Positions 1 through 28,971 are shown, counted from the first letter of the stretch. The stretch: DNA of 64,000 bases from Okamejei kenojei (GCA_035221665.1 CM069140.1:38874001-38938000), one strand, 5' to 3'. Notes: generated from the sequence alone by a model not told the origin. Numbers and translations: made by a program.

Positions 1-190
1 AGTTAGAGATGGTGATTGGATCTGGAAGCGGACCAATACATCTGTAAATAAAACGAGACAGACATCTTTTCATTTGCACAATTGATTTTATTGTATTAAT
101 TTTAAGATATTAATGTTTAAAATCCATGCATTGAAGGAAGAATATTTTACAGCGCATCTGTGGTACCTGACCCCAACCCTAACCCTAACC

Positions 191-420
191 GGTTGTCACC
201 CGCAGGACAGCATACGTCAGCGTATGACAATGCGAATGACATTATGAGCCATCCAGATGTCGCTCCTGGATTTTGAACATTCCAAAATCCAGAGGTGACA
301 GGGAGTCACCGCGCGTCACTACATGCGTCACCATGCATCAGGCCGCGTCATGACCCGACCACGACTCGACAATCTTTTTTCAGGCGGTCGCCGGAAATAT
401 CACCCAAGTGGGACAGGCCT
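191..420. mobile_element. Harbinger/PIF-like non-autonomous DNA transposon, right end (may extend left beyond 191)
   Basis: Ends in AAGTGGGACAGGCC (406-419), the reverse complement of the terminus GGCCTGTCCCACTT of the element at 49438-50311. Superfamily assignment is inferred from the TIR style. Confidence 0.5.
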
Positions 421-1449
421 TTCACGCTGCGAAACATGAGGGCAAGGCTTTCGAAGGTGGCGTCGGCGGCAAACTTCACCCTGGCCAGGTTCTCGATCAC
501 CTCAGGCTTGAGTCCGCAGTGCTCGAAGAAACTGTCCAAGCCCGAGCAGGCTCGATAGAAGCGGCAGCTGAGGTCGGAGTGCGAGCGCCATAATCCGCCT
601 TCACCAACCTGCCGCTTGAGCGGTTCCTTGAGGCGACCCGCTGCTGCTTCTCGTGGCGCTGCTGGCGTGGTTATTTGTGCAACCTTGGCTGCTGCTGGCG
701 TGGCGACTGGTGCTTCCTGGGGCGCTGCTGGAGTGGTTACTTGTGCATCCTTGGGTGCTGCTGGTGTAGTTACTTGTGCACCCTGCGGTGTTGCTGGCGA
801 GGCTGCTGTTTCTCCCTGGAATGCTACTCGTGTGGTTACTTGTGAACCCTGGAGTGCTGCTGGTGGGGTTACTTGTGCACCCTGGGGTGCTGCAGCCTCT
901 GTACCCTCTGCTAATTCTCCCCCTTCCGACGTTGCTGCTCCCATTGCCAGCCCCTGCTGTTTGTCGCCCCGGCCGCTAGAGCCGGGCAGCAGCCAACGGA
1001 CCAGGCTGCCAGTGCTCTTGAAACTGCAGGCGCTGCTGGTGACCGCCGCTCCTCGCACAAACTCGCACTTCTGCCAGTGCATGACCAGCGAGTCGGGCCT
1101 GAGCTGACTCTTGGAGCTGGAGCGACGCACAATGTCAGGCGGGAGCCCCAGCTGCCTGCTCTGCTGGGGGTTGCCGGAGGCCAGGTAAGTCTGCTGCTGC
1201 TGGCCCCGCTGCCACTGCCTTCCTCGGAGGCAGAGCTGCCCGAACCAGCTGCTGTTGGCCCCTTGCCGTCTGGCTCTTCAAGTGATTGGCCTTGTCGGCA
1301 GCCAGTCTCTCCACAGCGCTCTGCCGACCCCGCCTGGGCCCTTCCATTTGACTGTGGAGGTAGCCGGGACCCTTGGACATGAGCCTGAGCGGCAGAGAGA
1401 CGCTCGCCTCGAGCGGCATGCTTGCAGTGGGCGCGATCTTGCTCGGCAT
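421..1449 (-). pseudogene. FAM110C: FAM110C-like pseudogene copy (frameshifted, 3' truncated), antisense inside the CYP4 locus
   Basis: Frame 1449-1135 gives LPLRLMSKGPGYL..SAVERLAADKANHLKS (FAM110 N-terminal motif SAVERLxADKAKY). Frame 1130-421 gives LRPDSLVMHWQKCEFVRG..SLVRWL and RSHSDLSCRF..DSFFEHCGLKPEVIENL..FRSV, matching recalled FAM110C motifs LRPDSLIIYRQKCEFVRG and RSQSDLS..FFQYCGLDPEVVE. The two parts are out of frame, and the ERNARIIKWL C-terminus is absent at the transposon junction. Confidence 0.8.
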
Positions 1450-1499
1450 CTTACTTTGATCCAGCCAACGAGGATAAACACTTTTTCACATACTCAAAG

Positions 1500-1990
1500 A
1501 AGGAAAGACCAGGACTTCCATGAGCAATGACAGGCTGTCTGCAATTGCCTTAATCAACATTCACTATAACTTTGCCCAAAACTTGGACAAAGTCGTGGCT
1601 AGGTTTGCGCAGTTACATTCGTGGAAAATGGAACTGGAAAACATGATTTATGGCTAAATGGCAATATATGCAGGCGTGCCACGAGTGTCCGTCACCTGCA
1701 TCACTATGCCAGGACTTCCATGAGCAATGACAGGCTGTCTTCACTCGCCTTAATGCACATTCACTATGACTTTGCTCATGACTTGGACAAAGTGGTGAGT
1801 AGGTTTGTACAGTTACATTCTCGGAAAATGGAACTACTTCATCTTGCAGTTGGTGTGATGTGAAGTTGTTAGGTCAGGAGGACATTAAAGGTGCACTGCA
1901 CACACTAACACAGTCTAACTTTGGTGCAAAAAACTCCAAAATAAGTCTCAGAATGCACCAGAGAGCATCTAAAACCCCAGAGCTCTTTTA
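1500..1990 (+). mobile_element. hAT transposase C-terminal (dimerisation domain) remnant, locally duplicated
   Basis: RTSMSNDRLSSLALMHIHYD..DLDKVVSRF resembles the hAT C-terminal R-S/T-M-x-x-x-RL-x-x-LAL motif. It is present twice (about 1508-1635 and 1709-1836). Confidence 0.6.
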
Positions 1991-2209
1991 ATAGTACAAG
2001 CCACTCATCCCTGGAGTTAGATTCATCAAATTATTTTGTTGCTTAATAAAAGTTTCTGGGCTATAAAACTATTGTCGTTGTCACTAATTTTCCTACTCTT
2101 AATTTTCCAATTTCCCTTATGATGAGTATGCCTCATTCTGAGTGTTTTTTTCATTGGTAGTTAGGTGTCCTTCCTGACGAGCTCAGTGTGTGCACTGAGA
2201 GGTTGGTTA

Positions 2210-2908
2210 TGGTACAGGTCAACGGAGGATGCCATCTCACTGGCTCTCCACTCCGCATTGGACCACTTGGACAATAAAAACACTTATGTCAGGCTGTTGT
2301 TTATAGACTACAGCTCGGCGTTCAATACCATCATGCCCTCCAAGCAGGTTACCCCCCGGTTAGAAGATTACGGAGATTTGGTATGTCAGAGAGGACTCGC
2401 TTGAACTTCTACAGGTGTACAGTAGAGAGCATATTGACTCGTTGCATCATAGCCTGGTTCGGTAATTTGAACGCCTAAGAGCGAAAAAGACTGCGAAAGG
2501 TTGTGAACACTGCCCAGTCCATCACACGGCTCTGATCTCCCCACCATTGAAGGGATTTATCGGAGTCGCTGCCTCAAAAAGTCAGCCAGCATCATCAGAG
2601 ACCCACACCATCTTGGCCACACACACACTTAACCCCTGCCATTGCGAAGAAGTTACAGGAACTTGAAAACTGTAACTTCCAGGTTCAGGAACAGCTTCTT
2701 CCCTACAGCCATCAGGCTATTAAACACTGCAACCTCATACGTGTGTGTGTGTGTTTTTGAGCGTATGTGTTTGAGCGTATGTGTATATATATACTTTTTT
2801 TTCTCATTTATTATATTGTTTATAGTGTACTATGTTTACATGTATATGCTGCAGCAAGTAAGAATTTCATTGTTCTATCTGGGACATATGACAATAAAAC
2901 GCTCTTGA
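2210..2908 (+). mobile_element. Rex1/Babar-like non-LTR retrotransposon fragment
   Basis: [35 protein letters not shown] (Rex1-type RT) and RFRNSFFPTAIRLLN C-terminus, internally deleted, followed by a 3' UTR. Confidence 0.75.
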
Positions 2909-3218
2909 TGGTGTGAATTATTGTAGATTTCACTGCTGCTATGTTAGCAACTATCACATGAAGAAAAATGAACTGTGTGACCTGCTGAGGGATAATAACT
3001 GGAAGTTTTAGAGGAATTATAAATGATTTACATGTAATAACTGAAAGGAGTTGGCTAAATTCCATCACAAATGGTTTAAAAGAAGGTACAAAGAAAATCA
3101 TACTTCCTTGGTAAAATCTCAAACATCTTTATGCTGTATACTTGACAAAGCACGACCATAAGAGTGTTAATCACTGATTTTTTTTTTTGTCTGTTCAATA
3201 TCATTTTTTACACTGCAG

Positions 3219-21279
<18,061 letters not shown>

Positions 21280-21867
21280 ATTTGAAAAACATTAAAATGG
21301 TGATACTAATTTGGTTAGACATATCAATCTATAAGAAAATGCACAGAATAATCATGAAATAATTAAGGAGTAATTTTTAAGCACTTGAATGTCTATGTTG
21401 AAGTTGCTCTTTTCCAGTTGCAGCAATATCACCTCATAAATGTGTTATTCGTGGAATGTCATGAAACATAAAATAATTTCTTGAGATGCAAAACTCCTAA
21501 TAGTGCGCCATCCTGACTTGAAATTATATTGTTGATCCCTCATCCTAAATCCGGGAGCTCCCTGAATCCCTGCACTGTGGGAGCACTTCACCTGAAGGAC
21601 TCAGGCTTCACAAGGGCAATAAATGTCAGCCTTGTTGGTGATGCTCAGAACCCAAGAATTATTACTGCATCATATATATATTTGAATATAATATATATGG
21701 ATATAATATACATGTTATGCTTATATATACACATATATATTCCAGGTTTTCACTGGAGACAACTTTATTCAATTTTCAATTATTGGTGCACTGGGTTGCC
21801 AGACAATTTCATATAAGTAATATGTCACAATACCTCTTCTGAACCTTTTGTGATTTAATGAATGCAC

Positions 21868-21873
21868 AATAAA
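21868..21873 (+). promoter_or_regulatory. Candidate polyadenylation signal of CYP4 gene A
   Basis: AATAAA about 590 nt after the stop codon. A weaker ATTAAA lies at 21291. Confidence 0.45.
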
Positions 21874-22004
21874 CAAAATTAGCATAAAATAACATTACTT
21901 AACACCCTGGGTTAATTAATAGTGTCTAGTGAGTATCTGATCAGAGTTATAAAAAAGAGGCTATTTTTATTTGAGTAATTCTATACTTTTTTATTAATTA
22001 TAAT

Positions 22005-22625
22005 GTTCCAAGAAATGGTAGCCATCATTGCAAACCCGGAATGGAAAGGGCAATTAACCGCCATTGCTCAGCGTGACTTATTTCCTCAATAGTAGCTTTT
22101 AGTTATCTCCTGAGTGCAGGCCCCGTGGCTGGGAGTCAGGAATCAAGGGGTTAAGGGCTCCTGTACCCGATTGGCCAAGCTGCGTGAGGTGACGGGTGAC
22201 TCATCGAAAGCTTAAATACCAGGAGTCTCCTAGAACTCTCTCTCTCTTCGTCGACCCTGACTCATGAACAGACTGTGGTTTGAACTGCAGGAGGCCTGGC
22301 CACATGGCATAGAACATTGTGTATTATTACCTACATTTGTCAATTAATATTGAATTGGGACGGATAAGGGCTGACCTGAGGATTTTCGTGTATTTTGTTT
22401 AAGGGTTATTTCCATTTAGGCAGGTTAGAGACTCTAGTTCGACGGCCCATTGCGAGGTTGGCTGGAGCACTGTTATCTTTGTTTATTAGTTTATTCTTGT
22501 CCTTGACTGGGTTGTTTGAATCAGGTTTGGGTTTTAACAAAATAAAATACTATTTTCTTGAACTTGAGCCTGGTTTTTGACTATGTTACGCGGCTCTGAA
22601 GTACCTGCATTCGGGAGTCGTAACA
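22005..22625 (+). mobile_element. Possible solo LTR
   Basis: TGTT...TAACA ends, inverted CCAAT (about 22170), TATA-like TTAAATA (about 22212) and AATAAA (22541). No TSD found. Confidence 0.35.
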
Positions 22626-24255
22626 GCCACAACATCATATTTCCAGGTGGCAATCCAGGCTCTAAGTTCATCCACCTTTCTTACAATGCTCCTAGCATTA
22701 AAATATACACATTTTAGAAACCTACCATCCCTTATTCTCTGTCTATTATCTTTTTCCTCTTTCTAGCCTACATTTTGGGTCTGAGTACTTTCCTTCTCTG
22801 CCTCTTGCCCCACACCCTGTCCCGTAGCCCCCTCTACCCGAGTCCCTCCCCCCAGCCTTTCTAGTTTAAAGTCTCCCCAGCAGCCTTTGCAAATCTCCCT
22901 GCCAGGATATTGGTCCCCCTGGGGTTCAAGTGCAACCCGTCCTTTTTGTACAGATCATGCCTTCCCCAAAAGAGGTCCCAGTGATCAAGAAACTTGAATC
23001 CCTGCCCACTACACCAGTCCCTCAGCCACGCATTTATCCTCCACCTCATTCCATTCCTACTCTCACTGTCACGCGGCACAGGCAGTAATCCTGAAATTGT
23101 TACCCTTTTGGTCCTTCTCCTTAACTTTCCCCCCAACTCCCTAAATTCTTCTTTCAGGACCTCTGCTCTTTTTCTGCCTGTCATTGGTACCTATGTGTAC
23201 CACAACATCAGGCTCCTCTCCCTCCCTTTTCAGAATCTTTTGGACACGTTCCGACACATCCGAGACCCTGGCACCAGGGAGGCAAACTACCATCCGGGTC
23301 TCCCGACTGCGTCCACAGAATCACCCATCCGACCCCCTAACAATAGAGTCCCCTATTACAATTGCCCTCCTCTTTTTGCTACCCTTCTGAGCATCAGGGC
23401 CAGTCTCTGTGCCGGAGGCCCGGCCGCTGTTGCTGCCCCCAGGTAGGCTGTCCCCTCCAATCGTACTCAAACACGAGTACCTATTTTCCAGGTGTACAGT
23501 CACAGGGGTACTCTCTAGCCCCTGCCTCTGCCCCTTGCCCTTCCTAACTGTGACCCTCAGTGTCTGCCTCCTGTGGTCTGGGAGTGACTACCTCCCTGTA
23601 GCTCCTCTCTATGACCTCCTCACTCTCCCTGACCAGATGGAGGTCATCGAGCTGCTGCTCCAGGTTCCTAACACAGTCCTTTAGGAGCCCCATCTCGACA
23701 CACCTGCCGCAGATGTGGACGTCTCGAGGGCTATCAGATTCCCTGACCTCCCACATCTGACATCCACAACAGTACACTGCCCTGGCCTTCATACTCCCCC
23801 CCCCTTACACAGGATACAATATCAACACAATACAAAGTACACTACAAACTGCTGGAATCTGACTGCCAATCAGCTGCTTACCCTAGTCCACTTCCCACCA
23901 ATCAGCGTATTCCTCAAAAAAAACCCGAAAAAAAACACTTCTCCGAATGGAACGTTATGGATTTCGGCGAGCCCCGCGCTGGATTTTAAACCTTACCGGT
24001 CGGGTGTCGCTCCTCCCCCTCCTCTTCCAACGGCTCCTGTGGGCCTCTGAAAAAAACAAGCCACATGCTGGATTTTAAACCTTACCGGTCGGGTGTCGCT
24101 CCTCCCCTTCCTTCTCTTCCAACGGCTCCTGTGGGCCTCTGAAAAAACAAGCCCCGTGTGGATTTTAAACCTTACCGGTCGGGTGTCGCTCCTCCCCCTC
24201 CTTCTCTTCCAACGGCTTCTATGGGCCTCTGAAAAAACAAGGGCTCCTGTGGGCC
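22626..24255 (-). mobile_element. CR1 LINE 5' portion: tandem-repeat 5' UTR, ORF1 (Zn finger plus SGNH esterase) and start of the ORF2 endonuclease
   Basis: YCCGCQMWEV..HICGRC, AIVIGDSIVR and DGLHLNPRG. ORF2 begins NARSIVRKVDELRAW..YDVVA and is then truncated. Confidence 0.85.
23979..24241. repeat. 3 x ~89-bp tandem monomers at the CR1 5' end
   Basis: GGATTTTAAACCTTACCGGTCGGGTGTCGCTCCTCCCC recurs at about 23981, 24070 and 24160. Confidence 0.9.
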
Positions 24256-24264
24256 TCAGGAGCC

Positions 24265-24560
24265 GTTGGAAGAGTCTTTTATCCAGAGTAGGGGAATCAA
24301 GAACCAGAGGACATAGGTTTAAGATGAGAGGGGAAAAATTAATAGCAACCTGAGGGGCAGCTTTTTCACACAGAGGGTGGTGGGTATAAGGAACCATCTG
24401 CCACAGGAGGTAGTTGAGGCAGCTACTATACCAATATTTAAAAGACATTTGGACAGGTACGTGGGTAGGAATGGTTTAGAGGGATATGGGCCAAACACAG
24501 CAGGTGAGACTAGATGGGGGCATTTTGGGCAGCATGGACAAGTTGGGCAGTCCTTGCTGT
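24265..24560 (+). mobile_element. CR1 3' fragment
   Basis: SRTRGHRFK..FFTQRVV..LPQEVVEA..FKRHLD. Confidence 0.75.
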
Positions 24561-25660
24561 ATGAATGAATGAATAGTTTATTTCGGTCATACATTAAAAA
24601 GAACAAAACTTTACAATCTGTGAATATGAATTAACACTGTATCTAGTTCACACGACGTTCACATAATCAATGACCGAAAAAGGAAAAGGCTGATGCCACA
24701 AAGCTTATTTTTGCCTATCCTATACAATCCATAAGATAACCTGAATATCAGCATTACAAAGGGGAAAAAAAAAATTACTCTAAATTGTAATCCTTACTTA
24801 TTTTACATTATAATCCTTAATTATTTTACATTTTAAGGCTTTTTTGATACTCTACAGAGAGCTACAAAATGTCAACTCATCACTAACCAAGTTCCATAAT
24901 TTGACTCCCAAAACTGAGACACATCTATATTTTACATTGGTTCTCACTTTACATGTTTCAAAAATACACAACCCTCTTAAATTATAATGTCCTTCTCTTC
25001 ATTTAATTTTTGTTTGAATACTAACAGGAAGGCTTTTTTTCCTAACTCGGAAAAGTATTTCTAATGTTTTTATATGCACAATATCCAAAAATTTTAAGGT
25101 ACCAAACTTTATGAATAATGGATTTGTGGTTTCACGGTAAGAAGGTTTATGTATTATTCTAATAGCTCTTTTCTGTAGTTTAATTATAGGGTCTATATTT
25201 GTTTTATATACATTTCCCCAAACTTCAACACAATATGACATATAGAGCATTATAAGTGAGCAATACAATATATACAAACACTTCTTATTCAACAGATCCT
25301 TTGTTTTGTAAAGAATAGCAATGGATTTAGATCATTTCCGTTTGATGTATTCTATATGTGGCTTCCAACACAGTTTATGATCTACAATCACTCCCAGGAA
25401 TTTTGTTTGATATACTCTTTCAATTTCAACTCCATTTAAATTCAATTTTATTTCACAATTAACCCCGTCACCACCAGACACCATAAATGTTGTTTTATTT
25501 TCATTTAGGGATAATTTATTAATATCAAACCATTTTTTTAGCACTATCAATTCTCTTTCTGCTGTTTTCAATAGTTCTTTTTATACAATTCCCTGAACAA
25601 AATATATTTGTATCATCCGCAAACGTAACAAACTTCAATGTTGATTATAAATATGGAGTA
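24561..25660 (-). mobile_element. L2/Crack-clade LINE 3' portion
   Basis: WFDINKLSLN..KFLGVIVD..W and YCVEVWG..LQKRAIRII, with a (TTCA)n tail at 24561. Confidence 0.7.
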
Positions 25661-27021
25661 TTGATACAACGGGTTCTCCCAGGTTACGGCAGTGTGCCAT
25701 TCCTGAGACCTGTTCATAACCCGAACAGTTCGCAAGTTGTAAATGCAGCTGCATGGCAAATGTATTGAAATAAGCACATAGGCTAACCATGAGTACCATG
25801 TAGTTAAAGCAGGTCATTTAACTGAACACATTCAAATATCGCCATGAATCAAAGTTGGACTGGGCAGTGATTCCCAAAGCCCTGCAGCAGCCAGCAAATC
25901 CTGCTAAATGCTCATTCATATGTACGAGCTGTACATAGGTTGGGCATTTGTAATCTGGGAGGACGTGTACATTCATTCTTTACATCGATATGAGTTAGCG
26001 CTATCCCACTTGTAGAGTATTATATTGTGCTAATCGGCTTGTTACAAAAAATATAGAACTTGAAATGGCTGACCATCAGAAGGGCAAGCAGCGGAAATGG
26101 TGGTACATACTAGTAGCAGCTTCAAAACACTACCTAAAATTATTTTATGACATTATCCAAAATCAAAGCCTTTTCTGAATGGAATGCTGCATGTAATTAA
26201 AAATGGGAACTTTGTATTTGTAATCATGCTTACATTTTTTTGTGATTGTAACTTTTTAAATTGCTTTAAGGAATTAAATCAAAATAAAATTCTGTTGTTT
26301 TTAATTTAAAATCTGGAGAAAAGTTCGCTTGTCCTGGAATTAATCTAACAGTCTCAAAGCAAGGGTCTGGCTTTGACCAGAAGATAAGTGATTTAGGTTG
26401 TGTAAAAGAAGAAAAACAACATCACAACTTTACTCTTTGTCAATTGAGCAAATCTATCAAAAAACAGTGAGATGTTTTTGCCTCAAATTATACCATGTGT
26501 CCTATATTATTAGTTTTAATTGGTTTATAAAGCAGCCAATTTGTTAAGAGTCCTTGTATATTATGTTACTGGGATTACAAATACTAATTTTAATATTAAC
26601 ACCTTCCAAAATATGAAAAGTGTGAAATAGGGCTTGTGATAACCATAGTACAAAAAGTAAGTTTAATTAGAATGTCAAATATTATGTAAATAAGATGCAC
26701 AAACACTTTTGATACCTAGTTAACCAAGCAGCATAACTAAGGGAAGCCGATCTGCAAAATGTTATAGAACCAACAATTGAGGAGACCAAAGCAGAGGTCA
26801 CACATCAATGAATGTGTGACCTCTGAGAAAAGAAACGAGAGAGAAAATAACAAGCTATTTCTGCATAATAAAGCTTCCTTCATTGTGGAAACTGTCACAT
26901 CAATGTCCAATGGGGTTCATTAACAAATCCAAAAAAAGGCCTTGAGTTTCTGGACCCTTGTTTTTACAGCAGTAACATGCTTTGGGTTTGTTCACAGTAA
27001 CTCCACTGCCAAAAGGTTTCC

Positions 27022-27120
27022 AGTCTGAAGAAGGGTCTCGACCCGAAACGTCACCCATTCCTTCTCTCCAGAGATGCTGCCTGTCCCGCTGAGTTACTCC
27101 AGCTTTTTGTGAGTGTCTTC
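27022..27120 (+). ncRNA. Minimal hammerhead ribozyme motif in a Penelope-derived repeat (best-preserved copy)
   Basis: CTGAAGA (27025-31), A, stem II GGGT-CTCG-ACCC, GAAA (27045-48), then CGTC with a putative GUC cleavage triplet ending at 27052. Confidence 0.55.
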
Positions 27121-28652
27121 AGCTGGTGAGAGTTCAGGCACAGTGGGTAGTTTATTGGAGAATCACAGAACATCCTACCATTTTCATGATAGCAATAACA
27201 GGATTATGAGGTGATTGCATAAATTGGACAGTCCTGGAGATGCATGCATGGATTTTATGTCACAAATGCATTGATTTAAGCTCTTGCCCATCGCTGGGAC
27301 ATACATCAATAGAGCAAAGGCAGCACAAAGCGTGTAGACGTTCCTTGAGCCTTTCGGCTTGGTATGTTGTCATCTAATACAGTTCACATTAATTCAGCTC
27401 ATCACTCTGTGATGAACAAAATGCTTTATGGAGCATCATAAATGGCTCCTGGAGAATAGGTTTCTCAACAGGAAACATAAATTATGCTATACCGTGTTTC
27501 GTTGCTTTAAATAAATTCACAAGATGAAGATGTTCATCAGAGATATTGGCTGGTACACCAAAGCATGTTGCCAATACTTCAGGTCCTGGAAAGACCCAGG
27601 ACATGGACTGGCATGTATTCAAAGTATCACTGCTCCCTACTCCATATTTGCAGATTTCAAGCCACTGAGGTGAACCAACAGAGTCACAAGGGAAGAAAGC
27701 AAAGAGGCGTGAAACATGCAGATTCATGATAAGCAACATACACTCATCTGAGAAGGAGTAATGTTTTCCTCAGAGACGTCAGCAGTTCTTGGACCCCTCG
27801 AATAACTGTGGACCTCCAATTCTGCCCAACATAGGCTCAATGGTGTTTTCCTAGCCGTGCACTTCATTGTTCTTGGAGTCCAGTGATAGGATGTGGAACA
27901 GTACAGCAGAGAAAGAGGACCTTCAGCTCACAATGTGCCGAACATGTTGCCAAGATCAACCGTTACCTGCCTGCAGATAATCCATATCCCTTTATTCGCT
28001 GCACATATATGGATGTGCCCATCAAAAAATCTATTAAATGCCACTATTGTATCTGCCTCCACCATCAGCCCTGGCAGCACATTCCCGGCACTCACCACCC
28101 ACAGTGTAAAATAACCTGCTCCACTCATCACCTTTAAACTTTGCCTCTCACACCTTCACCTGCACGATTAATTTTTCATATTTCTTAACATTTCTGTATA
28201 TTAGAGTCAGCTACATCCAGGTTGTGGCTGCCATGGATGAAGGCAGACATCATGTTTTCACGTTCTATATCCTTGACAGATACAAAATGAATCAGAACAG
28301 CAAAGGGATGGTTTGCAGCCAATGTTGTTTTCTCCAAAATACCCAGAGCTGGTGACAATTTAACCTTGTTCATTGCCTGCAACATGTGTCTTGTCCTCTG
28401 CCCATTTCTCTATTTGGCCACCTTTCCTTTCACAATAAGACCCTTCAGATTTCATATATGTGAAATGACTAAATGCTTCCAGAAAATACATATTGTATGT
28501 GTAACATGCGCTTCATTCCCTTAATCTATGTTCAATTCAATCAAGTTACCCAAGATGGGTCTGTTTTTATGGTTTGGTGGTTCCTCTGGCTCGGAGGATT
28601 AATTTCCCTCCAGATAGTTATCTGCAGTTGAGACCAACTACTTTTATAATGT

Positions 28653-28850
28653 GTGGGAATGAACTGCAGATGCTGGTTTAAACTGAAGATACACACAAAA
28701 GGCTAGAGTAACTCAGTGGGACAGGCAGCATCTCTGGAGAGAAGGAATTGGTGACGTTTCAGACAGTTCTTCAGACTGTAGAAGGGTCTCGACCTGAAAC
28801 GGCACTGAGGTGCTGCCTGTCCTGCTGAGTTACTCCAGCTTTTTGTGTCT
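28653..28850. mobile_element. Palindromic Penelope-derived insertion (inverted plus direct copy)
   Basis: Minus then plus copies of the same repeat, flanked by a 16-bp duplication ACTACTTTTATAATGT (28637-28652 and 28851-28866). Confidence 0.75.
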
Positions 28851-28971
28851 ACTACTTTTATAATGTACTGTCTTATTTATTTGGCCTTTTGAAAGAGGAC
28901 AGACTTTCTACGATACAATACAATAACATTTTATTCATCCCCGGAGGGAAATTGGTCTGCTGACACAATAA

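Noticed and set aside
166-190. Telomere-like (CCCTAA)n run
   Set aside because: Only about 2 perfect and 2 degenerate units, adjoining a DNA-transposon remnant. Too short to call an interstitial telomere.
616-1107. Plus-strand 163-aa ORF with repeated GAAGVVTC
   Set aside because: It is the antisense shadow of the FAM110C-like repeat region and has no independent motifs.
23979-24241. Regularly spaced repeats resembling a CRISPR array (also 38702-39120 and 33717-34030)
   Set aside because: The whole units repeat with no unique spacers, the context is vertebrate TE sequence, and there are no cas genes.
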